Below the pieces are notes generated by a model that was not told the origin of the DNA, made no database searches, and was given only the letters and a program-made list of their open reading frames with translations. A stretch of 64,000 nucleotides of DNA from Nitrospiraceae bacterium (GTDB lineage Bacteria > Nitrospirota > Nitrospiria > Nitrospirales > Nitrospiraceae): NCBI GenBank assembly GCA_050246315.1, contig JBFWWG010000002.1, positions 396,811-460,810 on the forward strand. The letters run 5' to 3'. Below are positions 46,766 to 55,998 of the stretch, in pieces. Position 1 is the stretch's first letter. Each line of letters starts with the position of its first letter. Both the position numbers and the translations under genes were made by a program.

Positions 46766-47593
46766 TTATTGTCCAGCCGAGGGGCCAGGATTCGGCCGAA
46801 CCTGGCCCAGGATCTCCTCCGCGGAACGATGCCCGAGCATAAGGGTGCCGTTCGGCAAGAAGATCGACGGGGTGCTCGACACATGCAGGTCGTGACCCAG
46901 TTTGAGATTCTCGTCGATCGGATGGGCACAGGGCTGCTCCGGAGATGGGACCGGCTGACCGGCCAGGGCGTGATCCAGCATGGCCACCTGATCCTCCGCG
47001 CACCAGATCGCGACGGACTTGCGATAGGCATCCGGGTGCGGACGCACCAGCGGGTAGAGCACCACCGCGACGGGCACACCGGCCTGAACAATCTTCTTCA
47101 CTTCAGGATGAAATTTGCGGCAGAAGGGACAATCCGGATCATCGAACAGCACAATCGGGCGCAGCGCAGGCTCCCTCTGTGCCTCGGCTTGTGGTTTCAA
47201 CAGAATGACCTTGGAGAGATCCAAGCCTGAGAGCACCTCCTGCTGCTTGCGCCTCAAGTATTCCCTGGTCAAGTTCCGTCCGGAAGCCAGGTCGAACAGG
47301 CCACCCGAGAAGACGTACCGCCCGCTCTCATGGACATACAGGATGCTCGCCTCCAACGCCGCTCCGTCGGTCTCGACCAGATACCAGCCAGCGATCTCGG
47401 TTGGCGAGAGATGCTTGATTGTCACTCCGGGGAACTTCGCCTCGAATGTTGCTCTGACCGCCCCTTCCGGAAGTTCCTCCGCAACAACGGGCCCTGAGCC
47501 ACAGAGCATCGCGACTACGACCAGAGTGACCCTCATCGAGAGTCCCAGAAGATCTGCTGTTCGCATGAGCACACTCCAACATAGTCCGGTCAT
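46766..47593 (-). CDS. dsbC: DsbC-like disulfide isomerase
   Basis: FDDPDCPFCRK, IWCA, TP.I..PNG; N-terminal dimerisation domain. Confidence 0.9.
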   Translation of the reverse strand: MTGLCWSVLMRTADLLGLSMRVTLVVVAMLCGSGPVVAEELPEGAVRATFEAKFPGVTIKHLSPTEIAGWYLVETDGAALEASILYVHESGRYVFSGGLFDLASGRNLTREYLRRKQQEVLSGLDLSKVILLKPQAEAQREPALRPIVLFDDPDCPFCRKFHPEVKKIVQAGVPVAVVLYPLVRPHPDAYRKSVAIWCAEDQVAMLDHALAGQPVPSPEQPCAHPIDENLKLGHDLHVSSTPSIFLPNGTLMLGHRSAEEILGQVRPNPGPSAGQ

Positions 47594-47613
47594 CGACTTG
47601 CTCCCTTCGGGTA

Positions 47614-48963
47614 TTATTGGATCGGCACCGCCGACGGGTTAAACGAACCCGGTGGGCTGTACACGCTGCTGGATGGAGCAGAGGACAAGAAAAACTCCTC
47701 GAGTTCCTTTCCATCCGACACAATGAAGTCCACCTCCCGATCCGCTGAGATCTCGATGATCGGGAAAATCGAGGAGGCCATCACGGCGTAGTGGCGAGCC
47801 AGCAACGACGCCGCGTTCCCCGCTCCGCCCGCCACCCCCGCCATTGCGAGCTGGCCCGCCGGCGGAAACGTGAAGGCTTGCGACGGACTGCTGGAGATGA
47901 CGAAGCCCTGCTGAAACGGCATGAACGCGCGGCTGATGCCCGACACGAATCCGGCCAGGAGCGAGCGCGCCAACATCGCCCCCTCTTTCATCACCACCGG
48001 CCCGCGCATACCAGCTTTGCCGTCCTCGCCGGCGACGAAGCCTTTGATGGTCATGTCCACCGCTGTGCCGTTCTGCCGGACGCAGGAGATATTCACCCCG
48101 CGGATCTGCACGCGCTCCGACGACAATTCCGCGAGCCCTTCCCCCATTAAGAAGCAGTCGGTGGCATGCACCCGAAAGTCATTGGGGAGTTTCATCAGAT
48201 CCCGGATCTGCATCAGGATGGGAGAGGGACTGTTCCCCATCGCGCCTCCGCCCCCTCCCGTAGCGCCGGCGGTCCGCGCCGGCGCATCCAAGCCGGAGAG
48301 CAATTTGACAGGCACGATCGTGCCGGTGGGCAGCCAGTACTTCTTGGGCTGATTCGTCCGAAGGGACACCGGCTCGACCCGGAAGGTGCGGATGCCATCG
48401 GTCGGTGCCACAATGACATCTTTCTTCTCACTGCCGACCTGGCGAGCCGGGATGGGCGCGGAGGCCGTGCCTGGAACCCGCGGCGGAGTGCCGGAGCGCT
48501 GGTCACTGGCATCCGGCCCTTGGGTCCAGGTCGAAGGAAGCGGGGGCGGCAGGACCCCGTTTCGCACGGCTGTCTTGTCCGCTCGCCCGTCGCCCGTCGG
48601 CCTGAACTCAGGCTTGAGCGGCTCCTTCTCCTTTGCCTCCATGCGCACGCGAAGCGCATCGATCATCCGCCGCAACTCCTCCTTCTCTTGCGACAGCGCC
48701 TCGATCCGTTTCCCCGCCTCCGCACGCCAGATCTCCTGGTCCGTTTTCGCCGCATCCAGCGAGACTGGTTTGGACTGCGCCTGGGCCTTGGCCCCGTGAC
48801 TGCCGGGTGTCCGGAATTGGTTGAGCCCCACCGTGCCGACGGCGAGCACGACGAGACCGATCAGCCCGATCAGCCATTTCGACGGCGGCGTCTTCGGTTT
48901 CCGGTTCGGATCACCGCCCGGATTGAGAATTGGGCTTGTTGGTTTCTGCTGCATCGGATTCAT
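47614..48963 (-). CDS. traB: VirB10-like TraB
   Basis: TM plus coiled coil, LP.G...LLSGLDA, DCF..G....LSSER, GEDGKAGMRG.VV. Confidence 0.93.
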   Translation of the reverse strand: MNPMQQKPTSPILNPGGDPNRKPKTPPSKWLIGLIGLVVLAVGTVGLNQFRTPGSHGAKAQAQSKPVSLDAAKTDQEIWRAEAGKRIEALSQEKEELRRMIDALRVRMEAKEKEPLKPEFRPTGDGRADKTAVRNGVLPPPLPSTWTQGPDASDQRSGTPPRVPGTASAPIPARQVGSEKKDVIVAPTDGIRTFRVEPVSLRTNQPKKYWLPTGTIVPVKLLSGLDAPARTAGATGGGGGAMGNSPSPILMQIRDLMKLPNDFRVHATDCFLMGEGLAELSSERVQIRGVNISCVRQNGTAVDMTIKGFVAGEDGKAGMRGPVVMKEGAMLARSLLAGFVSGISRAFMPFQQGFVISSSPSQAFTFPPAGQLAMAGVAGGAGNAASLLARHYAVMASSIFPIIEISADREVDFIVSDGKELEEFFLSSAPSSSVYSPPGSFNPSAVPIQ

Positions 48964-49029
48964 GTCGTCATCCTCTTTCGCCTCGGCGCGGACAAGCCTT
49001 CCCCCGGAGTACAGCCCGACCGTGCCGCT

Positions 49030-49779
49030 CTATTTCGCCGCCGGAGACGGAACCAGATCGATCCACAAGACTCGCACCTCTTCGCCCGATTCGATGACGT
49101 GGCGATTCAAGGCGATCGCGAGCTCCTTTCCCGTGAAAAACTCCGACTCACGGAGCGTCTGCGTCCCGGACGTCTTGTTCGCCAGCCGGTATGCCATCAC
49201 GCGATAGCGTGGACAGCGGGATTCGATCCCCTTGACGACCTCGAGCTCCATCCACTTGGGGTACTGCTCCGGGTCGATCGGTGCGGAATGGCAGCTTCGC
49301 GGCAAGTCTTCCAACGCCGCACGCCGCATCAACTCGACGAGCCCATCCACGTAGTCCGTCGCCATCTTGACGGGATCGTCTTCCCCCTGCCCTCCTTCCG
49401 CCCGATCGTCCTGGACCGTGATCCGTTGCGTCGATTCCTCGCTGGCCACCAGTTCGAAGACGTAGGCCTGTCTGCCGGCCATCACCACGAGATCCGCCGG
49501 GCTCGTGCGGACGCGAACCATGACATACCGGCCCTGCGCCTTCGCCTCCAGATCCGGTTTGGAGCTAGAGACGGACGTCACCTCTTCGGGCAGCTCGATG
49601 ACATTGATGTCACGAAGCGACACCGCCGCCCGCAGCGTCCGGCTATCCTCGACGGTCAGTCTCTGATCGGCCTGACTGAACGGCGGACTTGCCAGCGCGA
49701 GCGCGATCGCGATGCTGGCTGCTGATCGCCACAATCTCAGGCCTGAAGTCTTTGAATCGCAGTGTGAGATGGTATTCAC
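49030..49779 (-). CDS. traK: TraK secretin-like protein (start uncertain)
   Basis: Signal peptide, S..DINVI, Y.L.N.....L.E.EF; lies between traE and traB. Confidence 0.8.
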   Translation of the reverse strand: MNTISHCDSKTSGLRLWRSAASIAIALALASPPFSQADQRLTVEDSRTLRAAVSLRDINVIELPEEVTSVSSSKPDLEAKAQGRYVMVRVRTSPADLVVMAGRQAYVFELVASEESTQRITVQDDRAEGGQGEDDPVKMATDYVDGLVELMRRAALEDLPRSCHSAPIDPEQYPKWMELEVVKGIESRCPRYRVMAYRLANKTSGTQTLRESEFFTGKELAIALNRHVIESGEEVRVLWIDLVPSPAAK

Positions 49780-50248
49780 GCTCCTCCTCCGCCACCAGAA
49801 TCGACCCCGAAAACCGGCGTTCCAACCCGCTGATGATCACGTCGTCACCGACGATCTCCGTCGCGTCTGGGAAGAACACCCGATTGAGGTTATTCCCGAC
49901 GATGTAGATCCGCTCGGCCCCCAATCCTTCCGACATCATCCCGTACTGCTCCGGCGCCACGTAACGCAGCAGGACCGTGTGGCCGAACTCGACGGATCTC
50001 GGCGTGACATTCGTGACGAACGGCAGCAAGGTCAGGGCGATCTGCCGCCGGTACTCGTCCGAGACATTCCCGTCCGAGGTCACCAGGTATTCCTGGGAGA
50101 CCGACGCGGGAACCACGTGGAGAATCTCCACCCGGCGATACAGGCCGTTCGCCATCAAGGCCAGCACCAATCCGATGTTGGCCAGGAGCAGGAAGAACGC
50201 GATGGCCCGCGTGCTGTAGAGATCCTTCACATAGCGTCCGATATGCAT
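49643..50248 (-). CDS. traE: TraE
   Basis: N-terminal TM, VVP, Y......L...NVTP..V......LLRY; lies after traL. Confidence 0.88.
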   Translation of the reverse strand: MHIGRYVKDLYSTRAIAFFLLLANIGLVLALMANGLYRRVEILHVVPASVSQEYLVTSDGNVSDEYRRQIALTLLPFVTNVTPRSVEFGHTVLLRYVAPEQYGMMSEGLGAERIYIVGNNLNRVFFPDATEIVGDDVIISGLERRFSGSILVAEEEREYHLTLRFKDFRPEIVAISSQHRDRARAGKSAVQSGRSETDRRG

Positions 50249-50255
50249 GCGCTCC

Positions 50256-50534
50256 TCACTCGATCAACTCCCGAACCGTTCCATCCGGCCCCAACGGCAG
50301 GTCGAATCCCGGGATCCCGTACCAATAAGCGAAGTGGAAGATGAATCCGTCGCTCTTCCCGCTCTTCAGCGTGGAAATCATGAACGTGCACAGGAGGCCG
50401 ACGACGAGCAGAGAGGTCAGCTGCCGCGTGAGGATGCCGATGAAGCCGCAGAGAATCAGCACGATCAGTTCATCCAACTCCCACCAGGCGATCTGTGGCG
50501 GACTGTCCATATATCTCGGGATGAAGACCTGCAT
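50256..50534 (-). CDS. traL: TraL
   Basis: IPRYMDSPPQI.WWELDE, K.GK.DG...H..YWYG. Confidence 0.92.
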   Translation of the reverse strand: MQVFIPRYMDSPPQIAWWELDELIVLILCGFIGILTRQLTSLLVVGLLCTFMISTLKSGKSDGFIFHFAYWYGIPGFDLPLGPDGTVRELIE

Positions 50535-50600
50535 CGTGACCCTCCGTACCGACACCCACCCGCTGACCCGTGGACCCGGATCTGTCGCCGTGAACCAGAA

Positions 50601-50632
50601 CGGGATGGAGTCGTCTGTGCAACCCCATCCCG
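50601..50632 (-). terminator. Stem-loop between traA and traL (weak terminator or attenuator)
   Basis: CGGGATGG/CCATCCCG stem followed on - by TTCTGGTT. Confidence 0.45.
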
Positions 50633-50646
50633 ATCGAGCCTGTGCC

Positions 50647-50955
50647 TTACATCAGTCCCGTGGTAATGGTCGGGATCACGGTTGGCAAATAAAAGGACCC
50701 GGCTGCGACGCCGAATCCGGTGAACATGTAGCCCCACCGGCCGGCCATCGCAGAACCCAGCCCGATGGCCCCGGCAATCAGGCCCAGCAAGGTGCCGAGC
50801 GAACCCTGCATCCAGCCCGTCAACAGGGTGTTCAGCGGCCCGAACGTCGCATCCGCTCCCGCAAACGCCGGAACCGCCAGGATCGCCAGGCTGGCGAAGA
50901 GCACCATCGCTATCATGCCCAGAACCGCTGTCATCTTCTTCACGAGGTTACGCAT
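50647..50955 (-). CDS. traA: Conjugative pilin TraA
   Basis: Leader ending AFA-G, F......L..WMQGSLG, two hydrophobic helices; upstream of traL. Confidence 0.88.
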   Translation of the reverse strand: MRNLVKKMTAVLGMIAMVLFASLAILAVPAFAGADATFGPLNTLLTGWMQGSLGTLLGLIAGAIGLGSAMAGRWGYMFTGFGVAAGSFYLPTVIPTITTGLM

Positions 50956-51162
50956 GTGGAACCCTCCCCGTTCTATCCTCGGATCATTCAGAGCTGAAAC
51001 AACTGATCGTGCAGCCATGCCGAACAAAGTAGGTCACCAGACCGTCTTAGTTGCTCACTGAGTCACCTCTCTTTTCTGCATCGCAGTGGCCGGCCCCAGC
51101 CGTTTTATACGGAACGTCGGATCAGCCTCGGAAGTACGGCAGTGCACCGCCCGCGATTCGCC

Positions 51163-51594
51163 TCATTTCCCTTGATCGTTCCGTCGCCCCACGCGTGCTC
51201 CAGAGTCTAACCGCACCGTCCCATGATGGAGATCCGTTCCTGCTCCATGATCTCCTCCGAGTGACTCCGCGTTGCTGATCGCGGTGGGCCGACTGCCAGA
51301 CGGTTGTTTCGGCAACAACACGGGCAGAGACCTGACTGTCTTCAACAGTGATGACAGCGCTTCTGGAGCCGGATCGAGGATCCGAGCGGATGGAAGAGGC
51401 GAGAGCAGATCCGATTCGGGACAGGTCATCGCCGTTCCAAGCACATACTGAGGAGTCTCTTTCACCATCACGATTCCACTGGGAAGCAGGAACTTCCGTT
51501 CACACAGCTTGACGACTGTTGCCGCCTGGACAGCGACCGCGGACCAGACAAGCACGCCCGCCGCTAAGAGACTCATCGTTCCCCATCGCATCAA
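51163..51594 (-). CDS. Secreted hypothetical protein
   Basis: Signal peptide ending AVQA; AAGGAG RBS. Confidence 0.55.
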   Translation of the reverse strand: MMRWGTMSLLAAGVLVWSAVAVQAATVVKLCERKFLLPSGIVMVKETPQYVLGTAMTCPESDLLSPLPSARILDPAPEALSSLLKTVRSLPVLLPKQPSGSRPTAISNAESLGGDHGAGTDLHHGTVRLDSGARVGRRNDQGK

Positions 51595-51723
51595 CCACTC
51601 CTTCTGCGCCAGCAGGGTCTCGCAGCGGCGTCACTCTAGAAGGCACGACGCTCCGCCACCCTGACGATTTCACCGAGAGTATTACCGACTGATGGTGAGC
51701 GCGAAGGAGAGTGCGGCAGCGCT

Positions 51724-53898
51724 CTAACGCAGAGACAGTGGCTGGTGCGAGACGGACGAGCAGAGCGATGAAGTATGATGCTGAAATAACCGGCTATGGC
51801 GAACGGACGCGTGATCCCGTTTCAATGCCGTGTAAAAGGCCTGAGGACTTCCGATGTAGACCAGATGCTTCTGCGCCCGGGTCACCGCGGTATACAACAC
51901 TTCCCGTGTCAGCATCGGGTAGTGGCTCGAGTGCATCACCACAACCGTGCAGGGAAATTCCGATCCCTGAGCCTTATGCACAGTCATGCAATAGGCCAGG
52001 GCTAGCTCATCCCACTCCGTTTCGGCATAACAAATCTGGCGATCCGGATAGGCGACCTGGAGCACGCGCTCCGTTTCTGACACCTCTGTGATAGACCCAA
52101 TCTCACCGTTGAACACCTGCTTCTTGTAGTCGTTGTCCAAATGGATCACTCGATCCCCGACGCGAAAGGGAACGCCATCGACCGAGGTCCCGGGATTCAT
52201 GACGTCCTGCAGGACTCGATTCAGCTCCACCGTCCCCAACGGCCCCCTTTTCATCGGAGCCAGGACCTGAATCTCCTGTGGTCGAAACGGCAGCCTCGGA
52301 AGGACATCCCGCAGCGCCGCAAGCACTTCTTCCGGCTCGTTCCGCAGGTGAAACTCGCATTCGCCCCGCGAGCCTGAGAGCAGAGACGGCACGGCCCCGA
52401 AGTGGATGTCGTGAGCCAGACGAACAATCCGCGACCCGGCCGTCTGGCGCTGGATCTCGACGAGCTCCGTGACCGGACAGATATTGGCCGCGATGACATC
52501 GCGGAGAACCTGTCCCGCTCCCACCGCAGGCAGTTGATGGATGTCGCCGACGAACACCAGCCTGGTCCTCGCCGGATCCAGCGCATTGACCATCGCGTCC
52601 GCCATTTCAAGATCCATCATTGGTGCTTCATCCACCACCAGCAGATCGATCCGCAGCGGCCGTCGCCGATTGAACCGACAGCCGTCCCGGGGGTGCCATT
52701 CCAGCAACCGATGGATGGTCATGCCGTCCAGGCCGGTTCCCTCCCCCGCCCGCTTCGCCGCTTTCCCGGTTGGAGCCGCGAGCGCCACCTTCAATCCCAG
52801 CCGCACCGCCTGGCGCAACAGATATCCCACGGCCATCGTCTTTCCCGTCCCAGGTAATCCTGCAATCACCGACAGACCATGATTCAGTGCCCGCGCGACC
52901 GCCTCTTGTTGCACTGGGGTCAGCGCCAGGCGTTCCACGGCCGCCAACTCAATCCGGGATGGGAGAAAGGTCTGCCTGGCCAGGTTCCGCAACCCCGCCT
53001 CAAGATCTCGCTCCGCGTGATAGAACCGAGGCAGGTACAGGGTGCGCTCCCACTCCTGCAGTGTCCCACGCTCGCTCGCCCTCGCCACCGCGGCCTCCAA
53101 CTCAGTGGCCTCGACATCGAGCACCTGTTGCGCCTCTTTCGTCAGAACCTCGCGCGGCAGACAGCTATGGCCTCTTCCTGCTTCCCGCTTCAGGACATAG
53201 TGCAGGCCGGCGACCAGCCGATGAGGATCGTTCACTGCCATGCCTCGTCCCCTGGCAATGCTGTCCGCCCGCTGAAACCCAATTCCATGAAGCTCCGCCA
53301 GGCAGTACGGATTGGCCCGGACCTGCATCGCAGCCTCCTCTCCGAACTGCCGCAAGGCCTTATGCGCCAGACTCACGCTCAAGCCCAAGCTCAACAACTC
53401 GGTCAGCGCCGCCGCCTGTCCTTTCTGCATCTGCCAGGACTTGACGAGATGCTCGATCGTGGACTCGCCAATTCCCTGAATCTCGATGAGCTGTTCGGGG
53501 TGCAGATCCAACACGGTCAATGCATCTCTGCCGAAGCGGTCGACGATCCGCTGCGCGAGAACCGGCCCGATGCCATACAGCACTCCCGACGCGAGATAGG
53601 CCTTGATCCCTTCCAACGTATGAGGGCGCGCGCAGCTCACCGCTGCCACGCGAAACTGTTCGCCCCGGGTGCCATACTCCCAGCGGCCCACCAGAAGCAG
53701 GCGCTGAGACTCTACCGGCTGCGTCCGCAACAGGCCCACCACTTTGAAGACCCGATGCCCATCGAGCGCGGACGCAGCCTTTGCAGCCTCGCGCACGGAT
53801 AACACGGTAAATCCGGTCTCAGCCTTCCGGTACAGAGCCCGCAAGACTTCCACCTCGATACAGATATCCGAGCCTGCAGCTACTCGCTCCTGATCCAC
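51724..53898 (-). CDS. recD2: RecD2-like SF1B helicase
   Basis: HhH repeats (GIGP..A..IV, NPY.L..L.GIGF..AD), GLPGTGKT, APTGKAA, DEAPM, GD..QLP.VG.G, LAYCMTVHKAQGSEF, YTAVTRA. Confidence 0.92.
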   Translation of the reverse strand: MDQERVAAGSDICIEVEVLRALYRKAETGFTVLSVREAAKAASALDGHRVFKVVGLLRTQPVESQRLLLVGRWEYGTRGEQFRVAAVSCARPHTLEGIKAYLASGVLYGIGPVLAQRIVDRFGRDALTVLDLHPEQLIEIQGIGESTIEHLVKSWQMQKGQAAALTELLSLGLSVSLAHKALRQFGEEAAMQVRANPYCLAELHGIGFQRADSIARGRGMAVNDPHRLVAGLHYVLKREAGRGHSCLPREVLTKEAQQVLDVEATELEAAVARASERGTLQEWERTLYLPRFYHAERDLEAGLRNLARQTFLPSRIELAAVERLALTPVQQEAVARALNHGLSVIAGLPGTGKTMAVGYLLRQAVRLGLKVALAAPTGKAAKRAGEGTGLDGMTIHRLLEWHPRDGCRFNRRRPLRIDLLVVDEAPMMDLEMADAMVNALDPARTRLVFVGDIHQLPAVGAGQVLRDVIAANICPVTELVEIQRQTAGSRIVRLAHDIHFGAVPSLLSGSRGECEFHLRNEPEEVLAALRDVLPRLPFRPQEIQVLAPMKRGPLGTVELNRVLQDVMNPGTSVDGVPFRVGDRVIHLDNDYKKQVFNGEIGSITEVSETERVLQVAYPDRQICYAETEWDELALAYCMTVHKAQGSEFPCTVVVMHSSHYPMLTREVLYTAVTRAQKHLVYIGSPQAFYTALKRDHASVRHSRLFQHHTSSLCSSVSHQPLSLR

Positions 53899-54148
53899 CG
53901 ATGCTCACTCCTCCCCACTCTGCCTACGCACCTGGCTCGTCTCAAACAGAGAAACGACCAGTTGAAAGACCCCACTTCATCACTCATGCACGACCCGCGC
54001 GAGGTGAACCCCACTCACCCATCCCTTGAACCGGCGCACGGAACATCGATCGCGCTCTCCAACCACAGACCGGGTGTGTCTCTGAGTCCTTCCTGACGCA
54101 ATTCGATCGGCCAGATCCAGACGCCGCCATCGCTCCGACCCCATGAGC

Positions 54149-54460
54149 TCACTGGCTTCCATGCTGGAATCGCTCGCGTTGGTTCAATTGCCACTCCAGC
54201 CAACAGGCCAGAGCTCGATCAACCCCCGACCTCATCAAATACGGATGGCGAGACATGCGAGCGAGCACGTACTGGAACCACACAGGTGCCCGATGCTTCG
54301 GCATGATTGCCAACAACACACTCACCCCGGAGAGCCATGTGATTCGCAGCGTCCTCAGCGGGTGCCGATCCATGACCTCCAAATCATCCAGCAAGAGTTC
54401 TTCCAGACACTCCCGACGACCAGCTACGGTCGGTTCCGGTGGAACGCTCACCTCCTCCAA
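54149..54460 (-). CDS. Hypothetical protein
   Basis: 103-aa ORF co-oriented upstream of recD2; GGAGG-type RBS. Confidence 0.4.
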   Translation of the reverse strand: MEEVSVPPEPTVAGRRECLEELLLDDLEVMDRHPLRTLRITWLSGVSVLLAIMPKHRAPVWFQYVLARMSRHPYLMRSGVDRALACWLEWQLNQRERFQHGSQ

Positions 54461-54817
54461 CTTCCTCGCCTCCTGGTGGATCGGGCCATGCTGTTGCCCC
54501 CGTCACGCGTTGTCTTCCGACATACTCTTTCCAGAGGTCCGTCGCAAATGTTCCGCCCTGCCCTTCACAACCCACCGGACGGAACGGTACTGTCCGAACT
54601 AGCGAAAGAGTCCCCCGCCCTCCCCCGGGACTCGCTTCTGTTTTCCATTGTGAATATAGAGACCATTACGCCTCTATTTTCACTCTGGCACATCGACTTC
54701 GTGCTGCTTGCCCTCCTCGACCACGCCCCTCCCCTCATTCTGGCGGCCACGACCGGATAGACCCGCAACGGTTCTTCTTCTCGGTATTTCCGAATATGAG
54801 CCCTCGACAGGTGGTCT

Positions 54818-55921
54818 ATGCTCGCCGAACTGATCCATCCCCTCGCTGCCATGGGAGCACAGGACTGGCCGTATCGGCCCCGTCCCTCCAGCGCCGGTCC
54901 CAACCAATGTGTGCGGAAACTGGTCTACCACGCGCGCGAGTTCCCCCGAAGACAGGCCCACGGCCGGTTCCTGGTCGTGCTGGACGATAGCTCCTGGCAC
55001 GAAGAGCTCACGCTGAATTGGATTGAGCAATCGGCGTTTCAGCTGCGGGATCGCCAGACGGAGGTCATCTGCGGAGAAACTGTCTTCGAAGGGGAGCCAT
55101 ACACCATCCTGGGGCACATCGACGGGATCGTCACGGATTTGCTCGGCATCGACCGACTGCTGGAACACAAGGCCATCGAACACTTCACCTTCCAACGGTA
55201 CGCGGAGGGCGACTATCCCTTCGATTACTTCGCGCAGGTCTGCTTCTATTTACACGGCATCACCAAACTCAACCCGGACATCAACGAAGCCCTGCTCCTC
55301 ATCAAGAACAAGAACCAGAGCGCCTACCTCGAATACCGACTACACTACGACTTACCGAACGACCGACTCAACGTGGTCGAGGTCGTGCATTCCAACGGAG
55401 AGCGTTCTTTCCCGAAACAGGACGTCATCGGTCTGTACCAGCAAGCGTTCGCCCGATTCGCGCAGATCGAACAGCATCGGGCTGACCAGACCTTGCCGGA
55501 CCGACCCTACGAAGACGACTCCAATTACCATTGCCAGTACTGCCCTTACTCACGCCGGTGCTGGGAAGGCCACGTGGCTCCGGTGCTCACGAATACGGTT
55601 CTGCTCTCATCCGACATGGCGGCACTGGCTGCGGAGTACCTTGATCTCGACGCCAGGATCAAGCCCCTCACCAAACGATTCGACCAGGTGAAGAAGCTGC
55701 TGAAAGCCGGCCTCAAGACGCAGCAAGCCAGCGAAGCAGAGGGGCACGGGTTCATCGTCCGCATCAACCAATCCACGCAGACCAGACATGACGTGAAGCT
55801 GTTGCCGTCTTATGTCCAGGAGCTGGCTGAGACCACGCTGTCCATCGAAAAACTGTCGGTGAGCAGGGTCGCCCAGGAAAGCCGGACTCTTCAGGCCGAT
55901 CCCGACCCTCGGGTCGCCTGA
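54818..55921 (+). CDS. Cas4-like PD-(D/E)XK nuclease with Fe-S cysteines (not CRISPR-associated)
   Basis: RPSS....C, HEE, GHIDG, LEHK, Q...Y, CQYCPY...C; C-terminal coiled coil. Confidence 0.8.
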   Translation: MLAELIHPLAAMGAQDWPYRPRPSSAGPNQCVRKLVYHAREFPRRQAHGRFLVVLDDSSWHEELTLNWIEQSAFQLRDRQTEVICGETVFEGEPYTILGHIDGIVTDLLGIDRLLEHKAIEHFTFQRYAEGDYPFDYFAQVCFYLHGITKLNPDINEALLLIKNKNQSAYLEYRLHYDLPNDRLNVVEVVHSNGERSFPKQDVIGLYQQAFARFAQIEQHRADQTLPDRPYEDDSNYHCQYCPYSRRCWEGHVAPVLTNTVLLSSDMAALAAEYLDLDARIKPLTKRFDQVKKLLKAGLKTQQASEAEGHGFIVRINQSTQTRHDVKLLPSYVQELAETTLSIEKLSVSRVAQESRTLQADPDPRVA

Positions 55922-55998
55922 TCCAGGCAGGGCCGCCGAACGTCCGCCAACATCACGTCATCGCTCGTCCCAAGTCCATCACAAGGAGGCACATCGCC

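Noticed and set aside
48166..49725. 519-aa plus-strand ORF
   Set aside because: Antisense shadow of traB and traK.
51000..54800. RfaH ops element upstream of the tra operon
   Set aside because: No GGCGGTAGnnTG match noticed by eye; a motif scan would be needed to exclude variants.
54818..55921. CRISPR-Cas locus suggested by the Cas4-like gene
   Set aside because: No repeat-spacer array and no cas1, cas2 or effector genes were recognised in the window.
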